A stretch of DNA of 64,000 nt from the IMG/VR virus record IMGVR_UViG_3300037424_001446; one strand, written 5' to 3'. The notes under the pieces were generated by a model. The model saw nothing but the letters and a program-made list of their open reading frames with translations, was not told where the DNA came from and did not search any database. Shown in pieces: positions 1 through 9,596 of the stretch (positions are counted from its first letter, which is position 1; every line of letters begins with the position of its first letter). The position numbers and the translations under genes were made by a program. This DNA comes from an uncultured virus (IMG/VR IMGVR_UViG_3300037424_001446) (Duplodnaviria; Heunggongvirae; Uroviricota; Caudoviricetes).

Positions 1-2
1 CG

Positions 3-755
3 GCCAGAGCCCGCCAGATCGCAACTCAGGCAGCCGTGGAAATAGCGGCCCAAAACGCAACCATGCAAGCGGCCCAAACTGCCGGCGCGTCTGAAGCGGA
101 GATCCGCCGCCTGGGAATGGAAATCACGGCAACCGCCGCGGCCTGGCAGGTGGGCGCCATGCGGGCGGAAGCGACCGCGGCCGCTCATCTTACCGCAACC
201 GCCGCGCCCATGACCGCTACCGCCCAGGCGGCTATAATGAATGAGGTAGCCCGGGCGGATCGGGAAAAGGAACTCAGGGCATCCTGGCAGGAAAGGGTAA
301 TCCCCATTCAGGCAATTTTTCCCACACTGTTTGGGGCTATGCTCTTCATTCTGCTGTTTATCGGTACGATTTATATCGCCCTGAAAGTGATCCCCATCCT
401 CCAACTCCGGGCATCCGTTTACCAGCGCGGGCCCGATCACGATGCGCCTTTACTGGTGATTAGCGGTAATGGAAAAACGACCGTGATCGATCCTGACCGT
501 TCAGCCGGCCCGGCCCTGATCGTTGATCGGGATGGGATTGTAGCTGGGGCGGTTACGCCTGAATCACAGGCAGGCGTAACCGCCCGCGACCAGCTTATAG
601 ACCTGGCCAGGGCTGGGAGGCGATCCGAAACAAACGAACTGCCGGCATTTTTCAACCATCAAGAAGGTCCGGATATTGAAATTATCGATGGCCAGGCTAT
701 TGAAATCAGGCCTCTTTTACAAGAGGTTGAAAATAAATTGTTGCTCGGAGGCTGA
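3..755 (+). CDS. Ala/Thr-rich membrane protein, probably 5'-truncated
   Basis: Frame is open from the window edge; TAQA-type repeats and one hydrophobic segment (IFPTLFGAMLFILLFIGTIYIAL). Confidence 0.7.
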   Translation, partial: ARARQIATQAAVEIAAQNATMQAAQTAGASEAEIRRLGMEITATAAAWQVGAMRAEATAAAHLTATAAPMTATAQAAIMNEVARADREKELRASWQERVIPIQAIFPTLFGAMLFILLFIGTIYIALKVIPILQLRASVYQRGPDHDAPLLVISGNGKTTVIDPDRSAGPALIVDRDGIVAGAVTPESQAGVTARDQLIDLARAGRRSETNELPAFFNHQEGPDIEIIDGQAIEIRPLLQEVENKLLLGG

Positions 756-758
756 GCA

Positions 759-1067
759 TTGAACATATCTCCCCCTTGCTATCCGGATCCGGGATTGCCG
801 GTGATCAATCAAAATTTCGAGGTGGTTCGGTGGACCGGCCAGCATTGGCAAAAGGTTGGTTTTGTGGATAAGCCGGCTGTAGTAACGGCCTGGAAAATGA
901 TCCACTGTAACGCGGAGTTTGTCACCTGGAAGCATCGCCTTGGTTGCATTATCGATATCGGTATGGATCAGGCAAAAGTAAGCCTCATTGATGAATCACA
1001 AGCACGCTGGATACCTTATTGGGAATTGAGATTCGATGGACCCGAGAGAATACCTGCCAATCGCTAA
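759..1067 (+). CDS. Hypothetical protein
   Basis: 102 aa ORF filling the gap in a + strand operon; GGAGG upstream. Confidence 0.55.
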   Translation: MNISPPCYPDPGLPVINQNFEVVRWTGQHWQKVGFVDKPAVVTAWKMIHCNAEFVTWKHRLGCIIDIGMDQAKVSLIDESQARWIPYWELRFDGPERIPANR

Positions 1068-2262
1068 AGATGTAAGCCGGCGCCTCCCAAAGGTGCTGGA
1101 AGAGCGCGGGTTAACCCCCGCTATTGATCGATTTATCCTGACCCATTCACCGCGCGGCGTTTGGCTGTTTGCGGTTATGGATGTTGAACGCCTGGGCAAG
1201 CTGGAGAGATATACCGGGATCGGTGTTACCCATCAGATTTCAACTGCCCTGGGCGGGCGCCAGGTGGTGATATCGAACACAAGCGGCCTGCGCTACGCGA
1301 TCCTGTTATCCAATGCTTATGATTTGCCCGAAACTGTATCGGCTCCGGAAGCTCGGGAAGGGCGGTTTCAGCCTGGATTGGGTCTGGAGGGCCCGGCATC
1401 CGTGGATTGGGAAGATCTAGGGCATGTGTTAACAGCCGGCATGACCGGATCAGGGAAGAGCAACTTCCTCCGCCTGTTAGCGGATCAGGCCATAGCGGAT
1501 GGCCTCCAAATTGCCCTGTCGGATCCGGATGGGCGCACGTTTGGCCATTTCGCCGGCCATGCCGCTCTATTTGGTCCAATCGGGGAATCGCTGGAAGGCT
1601 GCCAGGGGCTTGTGGATAACGTCAATAAGGAATTGGTCAGGCGGATCCAACTCTTTCGGAAGGCTCCGGGGGTAATCGACAATCTTCCGGATTACAACCG
1701 CGCAGTATCCGCCAGGGAAGCTATCCCGCGCCTGATCCTGATCATCGATGAATTTTCCGGTCTAGTAAATGCGACCGGTGGGCGGAATGCCGCCTTCAAT
1801 CGAACTGTAACCAATCTGGCCTGGCGCGGTCGTAAATTCGGATTGCACCTGGTTTTAGCTGGCCAGGATTTCAGTAAAGAAATTGTAGGGGCAGCTCGCG
1901 ATCAGCTTGCAACCCGGGTATGCTTTCAGGTTGCCAGCCCTTCAATCTCACGGATCGTTTTGGGTATATCCGGGGCTGAACTCTTGAAGGTGCCCGGGCG
2001 CGCTATTACCAATCGCTGGGGTTTGCTTCAGATTTACCGCGCCAGCCCCGCCCAGGCTGAAGGGGATGCCCTGACCATTGATGAGCGGGAATTACTGCAT
2101 GCGATCCAAACCCGTTTCGATGGCCGGATGACCTATGAGAATTTGGGTGAGCTCGGATATGGACGCCGGCAGGCGGATCGCCTCCGCCAGGATTGGCAGG
2201 CCCGCGGCCTGGCAGAGCTGCGCCCGGATCGGGATAATGCCCTTTGTGTTTTAGAGGCTTGA
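1036..2262 (+). CDS. FtsK/SpoIIIE-like P-loop ATPase
   Basis: Walker A GMTGSGKS, Walker B LILIIDE, GRKFGLHLVLAGQ motif typical of the FtsK/HerA family. Confidence 0.85.
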   Translation: MDPREYLPIAKDVSRRLPKVLEERGLTPAIDRFILTHSPRGVWLFAVMDVERLGKLERYTGIGVTHQISTALGGRQVVISNTSGLRYAILLSNAYDLPETVSAPEAREGRFQPGLGLEGPASVDWEDLGHVLTAGMTGSGKSNFLRLLADQAIADGLQIALSDPDGRTFGHFAGHAALFGPIGESLEGCQGLVDNVNKELVRRIQLFRKAPGVIDNLPDYNRAVSAREAIPRLILIIDEFSGLVNATGGRNAAFNRTVTNLAWRGRKFGLHLVLAGQDFSKEIVGAARDQLATRVCFQVASPSISRIVLGISGAELLKVPGRAITNRWGLLQIYRASPAQAEGDALTIDERELLHAIQTRFDGRMTYENLGELGYGRRQADRLRQDWQARGLAELRPDRDNALCVLEA

Positions 2263-2361
2263 TATGCCAGCAATGCCTGGCTAGGGATTGAGCGTGCGCG
2301 AACGCTCCAACCGGGCAGCCCGCGCGAACCTGACGAACCTGACAAACGGAGGCAAAACGCA

Positions 2362-2673
2362 ATGAGATTCATTCTTAGAAAGAATAATTTTAAGAATAAA
2401 GTACAAATCCGCGGTTGCATAGTTTTCGCCGGCCAATGGCATGATATTTGGTTGGTCGCATTATTTTCAGGAGAAAGGGCTCCGGCGCCCTACCTGAAAT
2501 GGAATAAATTTGCAGTTATGCATTTCCTTTCCAGGCGGGGGATCGCTCCTGAGCTTCCCATTTTTCGTTTCGATAACCAGGAAGATAAGGTTTCTTTCTT
2601 CAGCCAACCATTTAACGGGATGGGCTGGATAACTGTACCCTTATCAGAACCGATCTGGTTTTCAAGGAATTAA
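2362..2673 (+). CDS. Hypothetical protein
   Basis: AACGGAGG RBS upstream of ATG. Confidence 0.6.
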   Translation: MRFILRKNNFKNKVQIRGCIVFAGQWHDIWLVALFSGERAPAPYLKWNKFAVMHFLSRRGIAPELPIFRFDNQEDKVSFFSQPFNGMGWITVPLSEPIWFSRN

Positions 2674-2679
2674 TCTGTC

Positions 2680-2988
2680 ATGGCTGATAATCTTTTCAAA
2701 CTCGGGATGACTTCCGATGCTGCCCTGAGGGCCATCGAAAAAAATCGCATCGGCATTCTCAGGCCGGCCCTGAGCCTGGGGAAAACCGAACATGGGAAAA
2801 TCGTAGCCTGGTTTATCGCTGGCCATACGTTACGCTTTGAGCGAACTCAGCCGGCGCCGGCGCCTTACATATTGGTCAAGATTGATAGCGCGCCCGGGCA
2901 CCTTCAAAAAGAGCCGAAACCGATGCCGGATAAAAAGAAAACGAAACGCGGATCACGAGGGAAAAAATCCGATGATCAAACTAATTGA
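2680..2988 (+). CDS. Hypothetical protein with basic tail
   Basis: Operon continuity. Confidence 0.55.
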   Translation: MADNLFKLGMTSDAALRAIEKNRIGILRPALSLGKTEHGKIVAWFIAGHTLRFERTQPAPAPYILVKIDSAPGHLQKEPKPMPDKKKTKRGSRGKKSDDQTN

Positions 2989-3451
2989 ACGCGCTTTGCA
3001 TAATCAGATTCTAATATTGGATATGCTGAGAGAGTTGCTATCCAGGACCGAAAGCCCGCCGCGCGGTAAAACGTTTCGCGCCAATACGGCTATTTACGCT
3101 ACCAAAGAGCTATTGAAACGGCCCGATAAAAAGCCCCTTGAACGGGCCTTCGATGGAATAAAAGATTTGGTCATGGCTGGATATTATCATTCCGTTTATG
3201 AACTCTACACATCCTATATCGTTTCGGATCTTAAGGTAAGCGATTGGCGCGGCTATTTCCCCACATCACTAGCCGCGTTCCAATTCTGGCGGGATCAATA
3301 CGCGCACAATGATTATGCGGTTGGGGCAATCATTCAGATACAGATCAATCCGAAAACCTATGAAATGACCCGCCAGATCATCCTCAAGACCCTAAACAAT
3401 AATCCACATTTGCCCCCGGTTCCCGAGTATCCGGGATGGGGGATCGCCTAG
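2972..3451 (+). CDS. Hypothetical protein
   Basis: Likely start MIKL at 2972 after GAGGG; abuts the next gene. Confidence 0.6.
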   Translation: MIKLIERALHNQILILDMLRELLSRTESPPRGKTFRANTAIYATKELLKRPDKKPLERAFDGIKDLVMAGYYHSVYELYTSYIVSDLKVSDWRGYFPTSLAAFQFWRDQYAHNDYAVGAIIQIQINPKTYEMTRQIILKTLNNNPHLPPVPEYPGWGIA

Positions 3452-3946
3452 ATGTGCATTATATTAGATGGAACTGAACTTCCCCTGCCGGCTGGCCTGA
3501 CCCTACTCTCCGATAATCATATTTCCATGGTTTGGCGCGGAAACGGGCATATCTATAAACGGTCAATCCCCTTCCTGATCGAAAACGAATATTACATGCT
3601 GAAGAGCCTGGAAGCGACCGGGATCGTGCCTCTTGTAAGCCGCTATGATAAATATACCCTGAGGTTGCAAGATTTGGGGCGGAGTGAGCTCATTACAAAC
3701 GCAATGGACTTTTTAAGTAGCTTTAGGAAGGCCCGAAAGCTGCTTGAAATCCATGGCATCCGGCATGGGGATCTAACTCCGGCCGCGGTTATCGTGAAAA
3801 ATAATAAAGTTTACCTGATAGATTTTGCTGAAAGCCGGCTGAGCAACGACCCGCGCCCCGACAAGCGGCCTGAGGGGGATCTCCATTGGGCCGTGTTGAC
3901 CGCTATATCATTATTAAAAGATTCTCAATTTCGGGTGAAAATATGA
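3452..3946 (+). CDS. Minimal protein-kinase-like (RIO/APH/Kdo-kinase type) phosphotransferase
   Basis: IYKR Lys, ENE Glu, catalytic loop HGDL, YLIDF metal loop. Confidence 0.8.
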   Translation: MCIILDGTELPLPAGLTLLSDNHISMVWRGNGHIYKRSIPFLIENEYYMLKSLEATGIVPLVSRYDKYTLRLQDLGRSELITNAMDFLSSFRKARKLLEIHGIRHGDLTPAAVIVKNNKVYLIDFAESRLSNDPRPDKRPEGDLHWAVLTAISLLKDSQFRVKI

Positions 3947-4500
3947 TCAACCCTCCAACCAATATACGGGCCCAAAAGATTTTCGAGATTATTCGCCCTT
4001 ACATGGATCTATCGCATGCTGAAGTCGTGGATTACGGGTGCGGCTATGGCGATTTATGCATACTCACATCCAGAGCCGGAGCCCGCCGGGTCGCGGCGGT
4101 TGATATCGATCCCTATTGTATAGGAATTTTAGAAGAGAAGATGGCCAAAGAGATTCTTTATTTGGTGATCGAACCCATCCAAACCAATATTATTAAATTT
4201 GCCCTAAATATGGTGGATTGGGGAGCTTACGATTATGGATACTGTTTTTCCGTGCTGCCCTATCTGATCGCGAGGGATCGGAAAGAGTTTTTGAGAAACG
4301 CGGTCATGCAATGCGACACTTTATTCCTGGAATGCCAATACGCGGGGGATGGTCCTGGCTTTGATTTTGTTCATAAAGATGCCGATATGGATGCCTGGCT
4401 AACTGAGCAAGGCATCCTAAACAAGAAGATTGGCCAAACCAAGGTAAAGGAAGGGCTGTTTAGTCGAAGTATTTGGATGTGCCAGCGCGGTTTGAGCTGA
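3943..4500 (+). CDS. Class I SAM-dependent methyltransferase
   Basis: VVDYGCGYG motif I and AVDID; ATGA overlap with the kinase stop. Confidence 0.85.
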   Translation: MINPPTNIRAQKIFEIIRPYMDLSHAEVVDYGCGYGDLCILTSRAGARRVAAVDIDPYCIGILEEKMAKEILYLVIEPIQTNIIKFALNMVDWGAYDYGYCFSVLPYLIARDRKEFLRNAVMQCDTLFLECQYAGDGPGFDFVHKDADMDAWLTEQGILNKKIGQTKVKEGLFSRSIWMCQRGLS

Positions 4501-4560
4501 AATCCGGCGCCAGGATATCAACCAGGTTGCAACCCGTATCCAAAATGGCCATAAAAACGA

Positions 4561-4584
4561 GATACCCCCATTCCTGGGGGTATC
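4561..4584. terminator. Hairpin between convergent genes
   Basis: GATACCCCCA-ttcc-TGGGGGTATC perfect 10 bp stem. Confidence 0.6.
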
Positions 4585-4611
4585 ATGCTTTTAAGTTGCG
4601 ATTTTATCTCC

Positions 4612-6123
4612 CTAATCTTCAATCCGATTGCCGTTTTCGATTTCCATGATCCGGGCCCCGATCCATTCAATCACATTAACTGTAACCGCATTACCCAACT
4701 GGCGATAACGGGCCGAATCGCTCTGGCCGGCTGTATGCCCATCCGGAAACCCCTGAAGCCGCTCACATTCGATGGGCATCAACCGGCGCACGCCTATAAA
4801 TGGCACATCCTGGCCGCGGCCGTTCCTGGGTCGAAATGTTAAGGCCGCTTGATATCCCTGACCTGGCTTGCCTCCGCCCGCCTGAAGCGCATTCGTTTGG
4901 TCTGAAAGAAGCAACTCCCCCCGTATATTTTCACTCAAAGCCTGCGTTATCGTATCGGGCGGATCCGGATCTTGCTCTTCCAATGGCTGGATTATGGCTG
5001 TAAGGTCTGTGCCTCCCACAGTCAGGGCCTTATCAGTTTCACTTACATATAATCCTCCCTCGGGGCGATCCTTCCGCTTATGATTTCCACCATCGTTGGA
5101 TTGGATCGTATAAGCCATAACAGCCGGCGACTCTGTTCCCCCGCCCGCGCCCGGGTTGATCGTGGGAGAAACGTTTTCCATTGTGGCAGCTCCGCGGCGC
5201 GCATCGAAGGCAATCAGCGTATGCCGATCTTCCCGATCAACCCCACCATCTGAGGCGGAAAGGGCTTTGGATACCTCCGGAGCCATTGGGATCAAATTTT
5301 GATGCTCAGCCCCGGATGGTCCGGAGGTATGGCGCCACTTCTGATTGACCGCGCCAGAAATTGGCAAGAGCCCATTTTCCATTTCCCCCATGCCGTTCCC
5401 GCCTTGCTTGCCATATTCCGCCGGAAGTGTGCCGGCTATTAGGAAATCGGTTTCGTTCTTTTGGCTGCCTCGATCACCGCTTGCAGACTTTCTATCAGAG
5501 GTGCCGGCAATTCCCGCCCGCGCTTCTTTGCCCTTCTTAGGATGCCCTGAGCTGCTTTCGCGCTCAAATAATACTTCCGCGGCGCGGCCGGCTCCAAGAT
5601 ATCCAACAATGAAGACTCTACGGCGTCTTTGGGGTACTCCGAAATATCGAGAGTCAAAAACCCGCCAGGCCACCCCATACCCGCATTTGACCAACCATTG
5701 AAGGATAACGGCAAAATCTCTTCCCCCATTGGAGGATAGTAAACCGGGAACATTCTCGATAATAACCCAGCGCGGCCCAGCTTCTCTAATAAGTCTAGCA
5801 AACTCTTCCCATAATCCTGACCGCTTTCCAGCAAGGCCCTCCCGCCTGCCGGCAATGGAGAGATCCTGACATGGGAATCCTCCACAAGCAAGGTCAATTG
5901 CTTTGGCTTCTGTTGTGGGGTGCTTGTATCTTTTCCACGCTTTTCCATTGCGAAAACTCACTTTCCGAACGTCATCAAAACGCTCTGTATCTGGCCAATC
6001 CCTGGCCAGGACATTGTTTGCACATTGCGGATCGATTTCCACCTGTGCAACACATTCCATACCAACCGCATCCAAACCGCGGTCAAACCCCCCAATGCCT
6101 GTAAAGTAACTGATATATTTCAT
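4612..6123 (-). CDS. C5-cytosine DNA methyltransferase
   Basis: FTGIGG, GGFPCQD, IENVPG, QRRRRVF, and C-terminal ECERLQGFP...RYRQLGNAV; long variable region. Confidence 0.95.
   Translation of the reverse strand: MKYISYFTGIGGFDRGLDAVGMECVAQVEIDPQCANNVLARDWPDTERFDDVRKVSFRNGKAWKRYKHPTTEAKAIDLACGGFPCQDLSIAGRREGLAGKRSGLWEEFARLIREAGPRWVIIENVPGLLSSNGGRDFAVILQWLVKCGYGVAWRVFDSRYFGVPQRRRRVFIVGYLGAGRAAEVLFERESSSGHPKKGKEARAGIAGTSDRKSASGDRGSQKNETDFLIAGTLPAEYGKQGGNGMGEMENGLLPISGAVNQKWRHTSGPSGAEHQNLIPMAPEVSKALSASDGGVDREDRHTLIAFDARRGAATMENVSPTINPGAGGGTESPAVMAYTIQSNDGGNHKRKDRPEGGLYVSETDKALTVGGTDLTAIIQPLEEQDPDPPDTITQALSENIRGELLLSDQTNALQAGGGKPGQGYQAALTFRPRNGRGQDVPFIGVRRLMPIECERLQGFPDGHTAGQSDSARYRQLGNAVTVNVIEWIGARIMEIENGNRIED
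5439..5948 (-). CDS. Nested alternative-frame methyltransferase beta-type polypeptide
   Basis: 169 aa out-of-frame ORF inside the MTase gene with WSNAGM...SSLLDILE...KYYLSAKAAQGILRRA, resembling M.EcoHK31I beta as recalled. Confidence 0.7.
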   Translation of the reverse strand: MEKRGKDTSTPQQKPKQLTLLVEDSHVRISPLPAGGRALLESGQDYGKSLLDLLEKLGRAGLLSRMFPVYYPPMGEEILPLSFNGWSNAGMGWPGGFLTLDISEYPKDAVESSLLDILEPAAPRKYYLSAKAAQGILRRAKKRGRELPAPLIESLQAVIEAAKRTKPIS

Positions 6124-6638
6124 CGGCTCTTCCCGCGCTTGCGGCAGGCCGGATGGTGATACGCCTGGCTAGGATGGGTTTTGATAAACCTGACCGGGCA
6201 GCCTGGGCGCTTACATTTTATAACCTGGCTACCAGCCGGCAGCAAAACTCCCTCAGGGATTTCAGGACTGGCCAGCACCTTGACAAATACGGATCCTGCA
6301 ACTCCGGGCGGGCTTCCATCGATCCTTTGGGCCAATGCCGATATCGCCCGCGCCAGGCGTGGGGAGGGCCGGCAGCCGGCATATCCATGATAGACCGAAT
6401 GAATGTATTTAGCCGACCATGGCGGGGTTTTCCCCGCCAGGCTTGAAAGGTCTTTGGCCAGGGTTTCAAAAGTGGCCATTTCCGGGGCCATCCCCAGGGC
6501 GGAAATAATTTCCATCAACTCATATTGCTCTGGATAGGGGGTTTCCGGGCTTGCTAGATCGTCCAGAAGCATTCCAGAAAACCAATTCTTGACTGCAGGT
6601 AATAAATGCCCTGATTCGGGGGATCTAGCTTTCGTCAT
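6120..6638 (-). CDS. Hypothetical protein with C-terminal Cys/His motif
   Basis: CKRPGC...HHPAC; ATGA-coupled to the MTase. Confidence 0.65.
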   Translation of the reverse strand: MTKARSPESGHLLPAVKNWFSGMLLDDLASPETPYPEQYELMEIISALGMAPEMATFETLAKDLSSLAGKTPPWSAKYIHSVYHGYAGCRPSPRLARAISALAQRIDGSPPGVAGSVFVKVLASPEIPEGVLLPAGSQVIKCKRPGCPVRFIKTHPSQAYHHPACRKRGKSR

Positions 6639-6837
6639 TTTGGCCCAGCCTATCCCTCAGCTCATCAATGGCCCAATCGAGGATACTGGCCTTGCTGGTG
6701 CCCGTGGCCTGGGCCTGAGTTTCGATCCAATCCAGGCGCGTCTGTGCCGTGCTATAAAGGAACTTACCGCGCGGCTCGCGGGCGGGCGGGCGCCCCATCT
6801 TCTTCTTTCCGTTGGGAGCAATTAACTGAGTGGCCAT
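6625..6837 (-). CDS. Small ribbon-helix-helix-like DNA-binding protein
   Basis: MGRP basic arm followed by GTSKASILDWAIDEL helix pattern. Confidence 0.55.
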   Translation of the reverse strand: MATQLIAPNGKKKMGRPPAREPRGKFLYSTAQTRLDWIETQAQATGTSKASILDWAIDELRDRLGQNDES

Positions 6838-7196
6838 GTTTCAAAATCCTTTCCTAGACTATTGGGGTAAACCGTAATCACAATTTTTGGAATGGCGCCA
6901 TCGGTTTCAACGGTCATACTGGCGTATGTTTGCTGGCCAGGATAATCCAATAGGATTTCATCGAGCACGTCCAGGATGATCCGGTTAATCGCATCCAAAA
7001 GCGATATATCCTCGTGTAAGACCGCCTCCCGGGTAAATAATGGTTGTATTTTATCAACCGCATTTCGATGGTCTGATTCCAAAATACTCTTTGTCCTTTG
7101 AGTAATTTCCGGCCAATTCACAAACAATTCTCTTGAATCTAGATAAGAATCCAAGATGGGCATCTTTATAACTATAATATTGGGAGGTATATGCAT
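6822..7196 (-). CDS. Hypothetical protein
   Basis: Likely start MHIPP just after the upstream stop. Confidence 0.55.
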   Translation of the reverse strand: MHIPPNIIVIKMPILDSYLDSRELFVNWPEITQRTKSILESDHRNAVDKIQPLFTREAVLHEDISLLDAINRIILDVLDEILLDYPGQQTYASMTVETDGAIPKIVITVYPNSLGKDFETWPLS

Positions 7197-7197
7197 T

Positions 7198-8034
7198 TCA
7201 ATTATCCTTTCCTGGCAGGCTTCCATCGCCCGCAATTTTATTCAGCCTGGCAACCAGATCCGGGCGCTTGAAAGTTAAATGGATATTGCCATTGAAATAG
7301 AGGCGCATTTTGAAATATTCCGTTTCGCAATGGCCAGCATGGTTGGCTGTTTTGATCGCATCGATCAATTCCCCATTGTAGCCATCCGGGATGCCGGCCC
7401 CATCCAATAAATGAAACAGGCGATCAATGGCCTGCAACCTGTAATGTTGCGTGCCATATTCAACCCCCCAGCTATCGTGGGTTGTGTGAAGATAATTGAC
7501 CAAAATTACCTTGTGGGGGATCTTCCAATTCTGATTGGTCTTATATTTCCTCCGATGCCAGCTTTCCGGATCGGGAACCAAAATATCATAGACCTCTTTT
7601 ACCAGATCAAGATAAATCGCATCCTGATCCTGTAGAAAGGTCATCAACTCAGCATAAATATTTTCCGTGGTCACCTCCGGCATGCTTCCGTGCTCTAATC
7701 GCTCTTCAAGCTGGCTTTGCCGCTTTTGGGATAAAACCTTATCGATCTGGACAATCTCGAAGATCCGGCGCCAGGCTGCCCGCTTCAGGCTGATCATAAG
7801 CTCTGAAATGAACTCTTGCGGCTTGCGATGATCCCAAACGATCCGGGTCCATTGGCCGGCAACGGTCATTCGCCCATAGCCAACCGAATCGCCCAAAACA
7901 CTTTCAAGGATGGTTTGGGCATCGCTCAATTGGTTATAGGCGGCTGATATGATATCAGCCGCCCTATCAAAAGCCTCCGCTACTTGCTCCGCCGTTTGGC
8001 GGGTGATGATTTGATCAGGGCTATATGTAACCAT
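7198..8034 (-). CDS. DUF4942-like protein
   Basis: C-terminal ETEYFKMRLYFNGNIHLTFKRPDLVARLN signature; AACGGAGG RBS. Confidence 0.75.
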   Translation of the reverse strand: MVTYSPDQIITRQTAEQVAEAFDRAADIISAAYNQLSDAQTILESVLGDSVGYGRMTVAGQWTRIVWDHRKPQEFISELMISLKRAAWRRIFEIVQIDKVLSQKRQSQLEERLEHGSMPEVTTENIYAELMTFLQDQDAIYLDLVKEVYDILVPDPESWHRRKYKTNQNWKIPHKVILVNYLHTTHDSWGVEYGTQHYRLQAIDRLFHLLDGAGIPDGYNGELIDAIKTANHAGHCETEYFKMRLYFNGNIHLTFKRPDLVARLNKIAGDGSLPGKDN

Positions 8035-8078
8035 TTATTATCCCTCCGTTAATCCATGGTAGCCACATGGAACCCATT

Positions 8079-8405
8079 TCAATACTCGCCAGGGTGATGT
8101 AGCCATAGCCATTGATCATCCCCGATCTGGCAGCGTTCGCATTGGCAATCCGGGTGATGGCTGGCAACCGGGTTGTTGTGGATTTCGGAGCGGCCCGGAT
8201 CTTCCGGCTCTTCAACTCGCTGAAGCTGGAAACGGGTTTGGTCAATGGTTATATCTATGTTTTCGAGATAATTGATCTGATCACCCACCGCGGCTTTTAT
8301 CCAGGGATATTCCTGGAAAAGCTGATAGGGGGATAGCCGGCCTTCCCAATCTTTGGAAGGATCATCCGCTTGCGTTACGGTAACCTGAAAGAGTAAGATG
8401 CTCAT
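8079..8405 (-). CDS. Hypothetical protein
   Basis: Start MSILL overlaps the upstream stop; HHPDCQCERC motif. Confidence 0.55.
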   Translation of the reverse strand: MSILLFQVTVTQADDPSKDWEGRLSPYQLFQEYPWIKAAVGDQINYLENIDITIDQTRFQLQRVEEPEDPGRSEIHNNPVASHHPDCQCERCQIGDDQWLWLHHPGEY

Positions 8406-8605
8406 TTCGTTTCCTCTTTGATCTTTTCTAAACATGCCTGAAATTCATTGACCTCTTGAGGGGTATCCAGATAACAGCCTGAGAATTCAACTGCCCCGGC
8501 GTAATCCCCCGGGTACCAGGATAACCAAAGGAAGAAATTGGCCAGGGCATTCTGGACATTCGAATTAGATGTATATCGGTTTAGGAAAAGTCTATCGGCA
8601 ATCAT
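8402..8605 (-). CDS. Hypothetical protein
   Basis: Translationally coupled on both sides. Confidence 0.55.
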   Translation of the reverse strand: MIADRLFLNRYTSNSNVQNALANFFLWLSWYPGDYAGAVEFSGCYLDTPQEVNEFQACLEKIKEETK

Positions 8606-8943
8606 TGGGCAGGCTCCGGGCCAATTTCATCCCAAATCCAGGCCCATGCTCCGATGAAATAAACATGGACTGAGCGGCCATCCACCAGGATATCTGACCC
8701 CTGCCATTCATCTATATCCTCAGGTGCTCCGCCTTCCAAAACGCCGCGGAAGGTGTCCGTAGGAGCATCGTACTCCCACCAGGCGCCAGGGCCAACATAC
8801 ATGGCCTGCATGACCCGTTCAGCCTCAGCGCGCTCAAAGGCCGGGCAGGCCCAACCGTTCCAGTATTGGCCGTGGGCATGGCCGGCAAAAGCGGCGCTAT
8901 CATCGATCGAAAAACTCATGGGGTAAAACTGTCGTTCAACCAT
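8602..8943 (-). CDS. Trp-rich hypothetical protein
   Basis: AACGGAGG RBS before MVERQ; WNGWACPAF...IGAWAWIW. Confidence 0.7.
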   Translation of the reverse strand: MVERQFYPMSFSIDDSAAFAGHAHGQYWNGWACPAFERAEAERVMQAMYVGPGAWWEYDAPTDTFRGVLEGGAPEDIDEWQGSDILVDGRSVHVYFIGAWAWIWDEIGPEPAQ

Positions 8944-8985
8944 TGCAAACCTCCGTTTGATTAGATTGGATTGGATCGTTACTTT

Positions 8986-9015
8986 ATTATATCCGAATGG
9001 ATATATAAAAGTCAA
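8986..9015 (-). promoter_or_regulatory. Sigma70-type promoter
   Basis: TTGACT-N18-TATAAT on the minus strand. Confidence 0.7.
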
Positions 9016-9116
9016 GGGTAAAATCCAAATCCATATTTACTGTGGATTGTCAAGGAAAAATATCCTATCGATATGTTTCCTCTTTTTATATGCTATGATA
9101 GGAATGGAGGTGAGCA

Positions 9117-9326
9117 ATGCCAATAAACTCAGTTTTTATAAATTTAGATACTCAGACCGGTCAGCCTGAAATCACGGCCATTGAAGATCCTGAATCTGGC
9201 CTGGTTCCAGGATCAGCCGAAACCGTATTAGCGATCTATAAAAAAATCAGGGATTCGGATTGCCCGGATTTTGAATTTGTTTTCAAGGCAGCCGTTCAGG
9301 CCGTTTTCGGGCCGCTCAATTGGTAA
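9117..9326 (+). CDS. Hypothetical protein
   Basis: GGAGGTG RBS; TGCTATGAT extended -10 upstream. Confidence 0.65.
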   Translation: MPINSVFINLDTQTGQPEITAIEDPESGLVPGSAETVLAIYKKIRDSDCPDFEFVFKAAVQAVFGPLNW

Positions 9327-9397
9327 AGATCCGCGCCAATCCCTTTCTATTCGTATAGTATTCTAGAAGGGGAGGGGAGTGGCGATTGCCAACTATC

Positions 9398-9424
9398 AGC
9401 CCGCCAGGAATTATCTGGCGGGCT
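9398..9424 (+). terminator. GC-rich hairpin
   Basis: AGCCCGCCAG/CTGGCGGGCT stem; weak U tract. Confidence 0.4.
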
Positions 9425-9518
9425 TCCGTGGTTATGTGGTGGGATGCTGGATATTTATTTCCCCTGGGCTTTCCTGTGGCTATGTAGAGGGCAAATAGCT
9501 ATATTCTAAAATTCACCC

Positions 9519-9547
9519 TTGCTTTCAGGCGCAAAATAGCTTATGAT
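9519..9547 (+). promoter_or_regulatory. Sigma70-type promoter
   Basis: TTGCTT-N17-TATGAT. Confidence 0.6.
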
Positions 9548-9596
9548 AATACTACTTATGGTAAACGATCCAAATTTCACCTAACGGAGGCTTAAA

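Noticed and set aside
2295..2346. Short GAACCTGAC and GCGCGAAC repeats
   Set aside because: Only two copies each; too short to assign a function.
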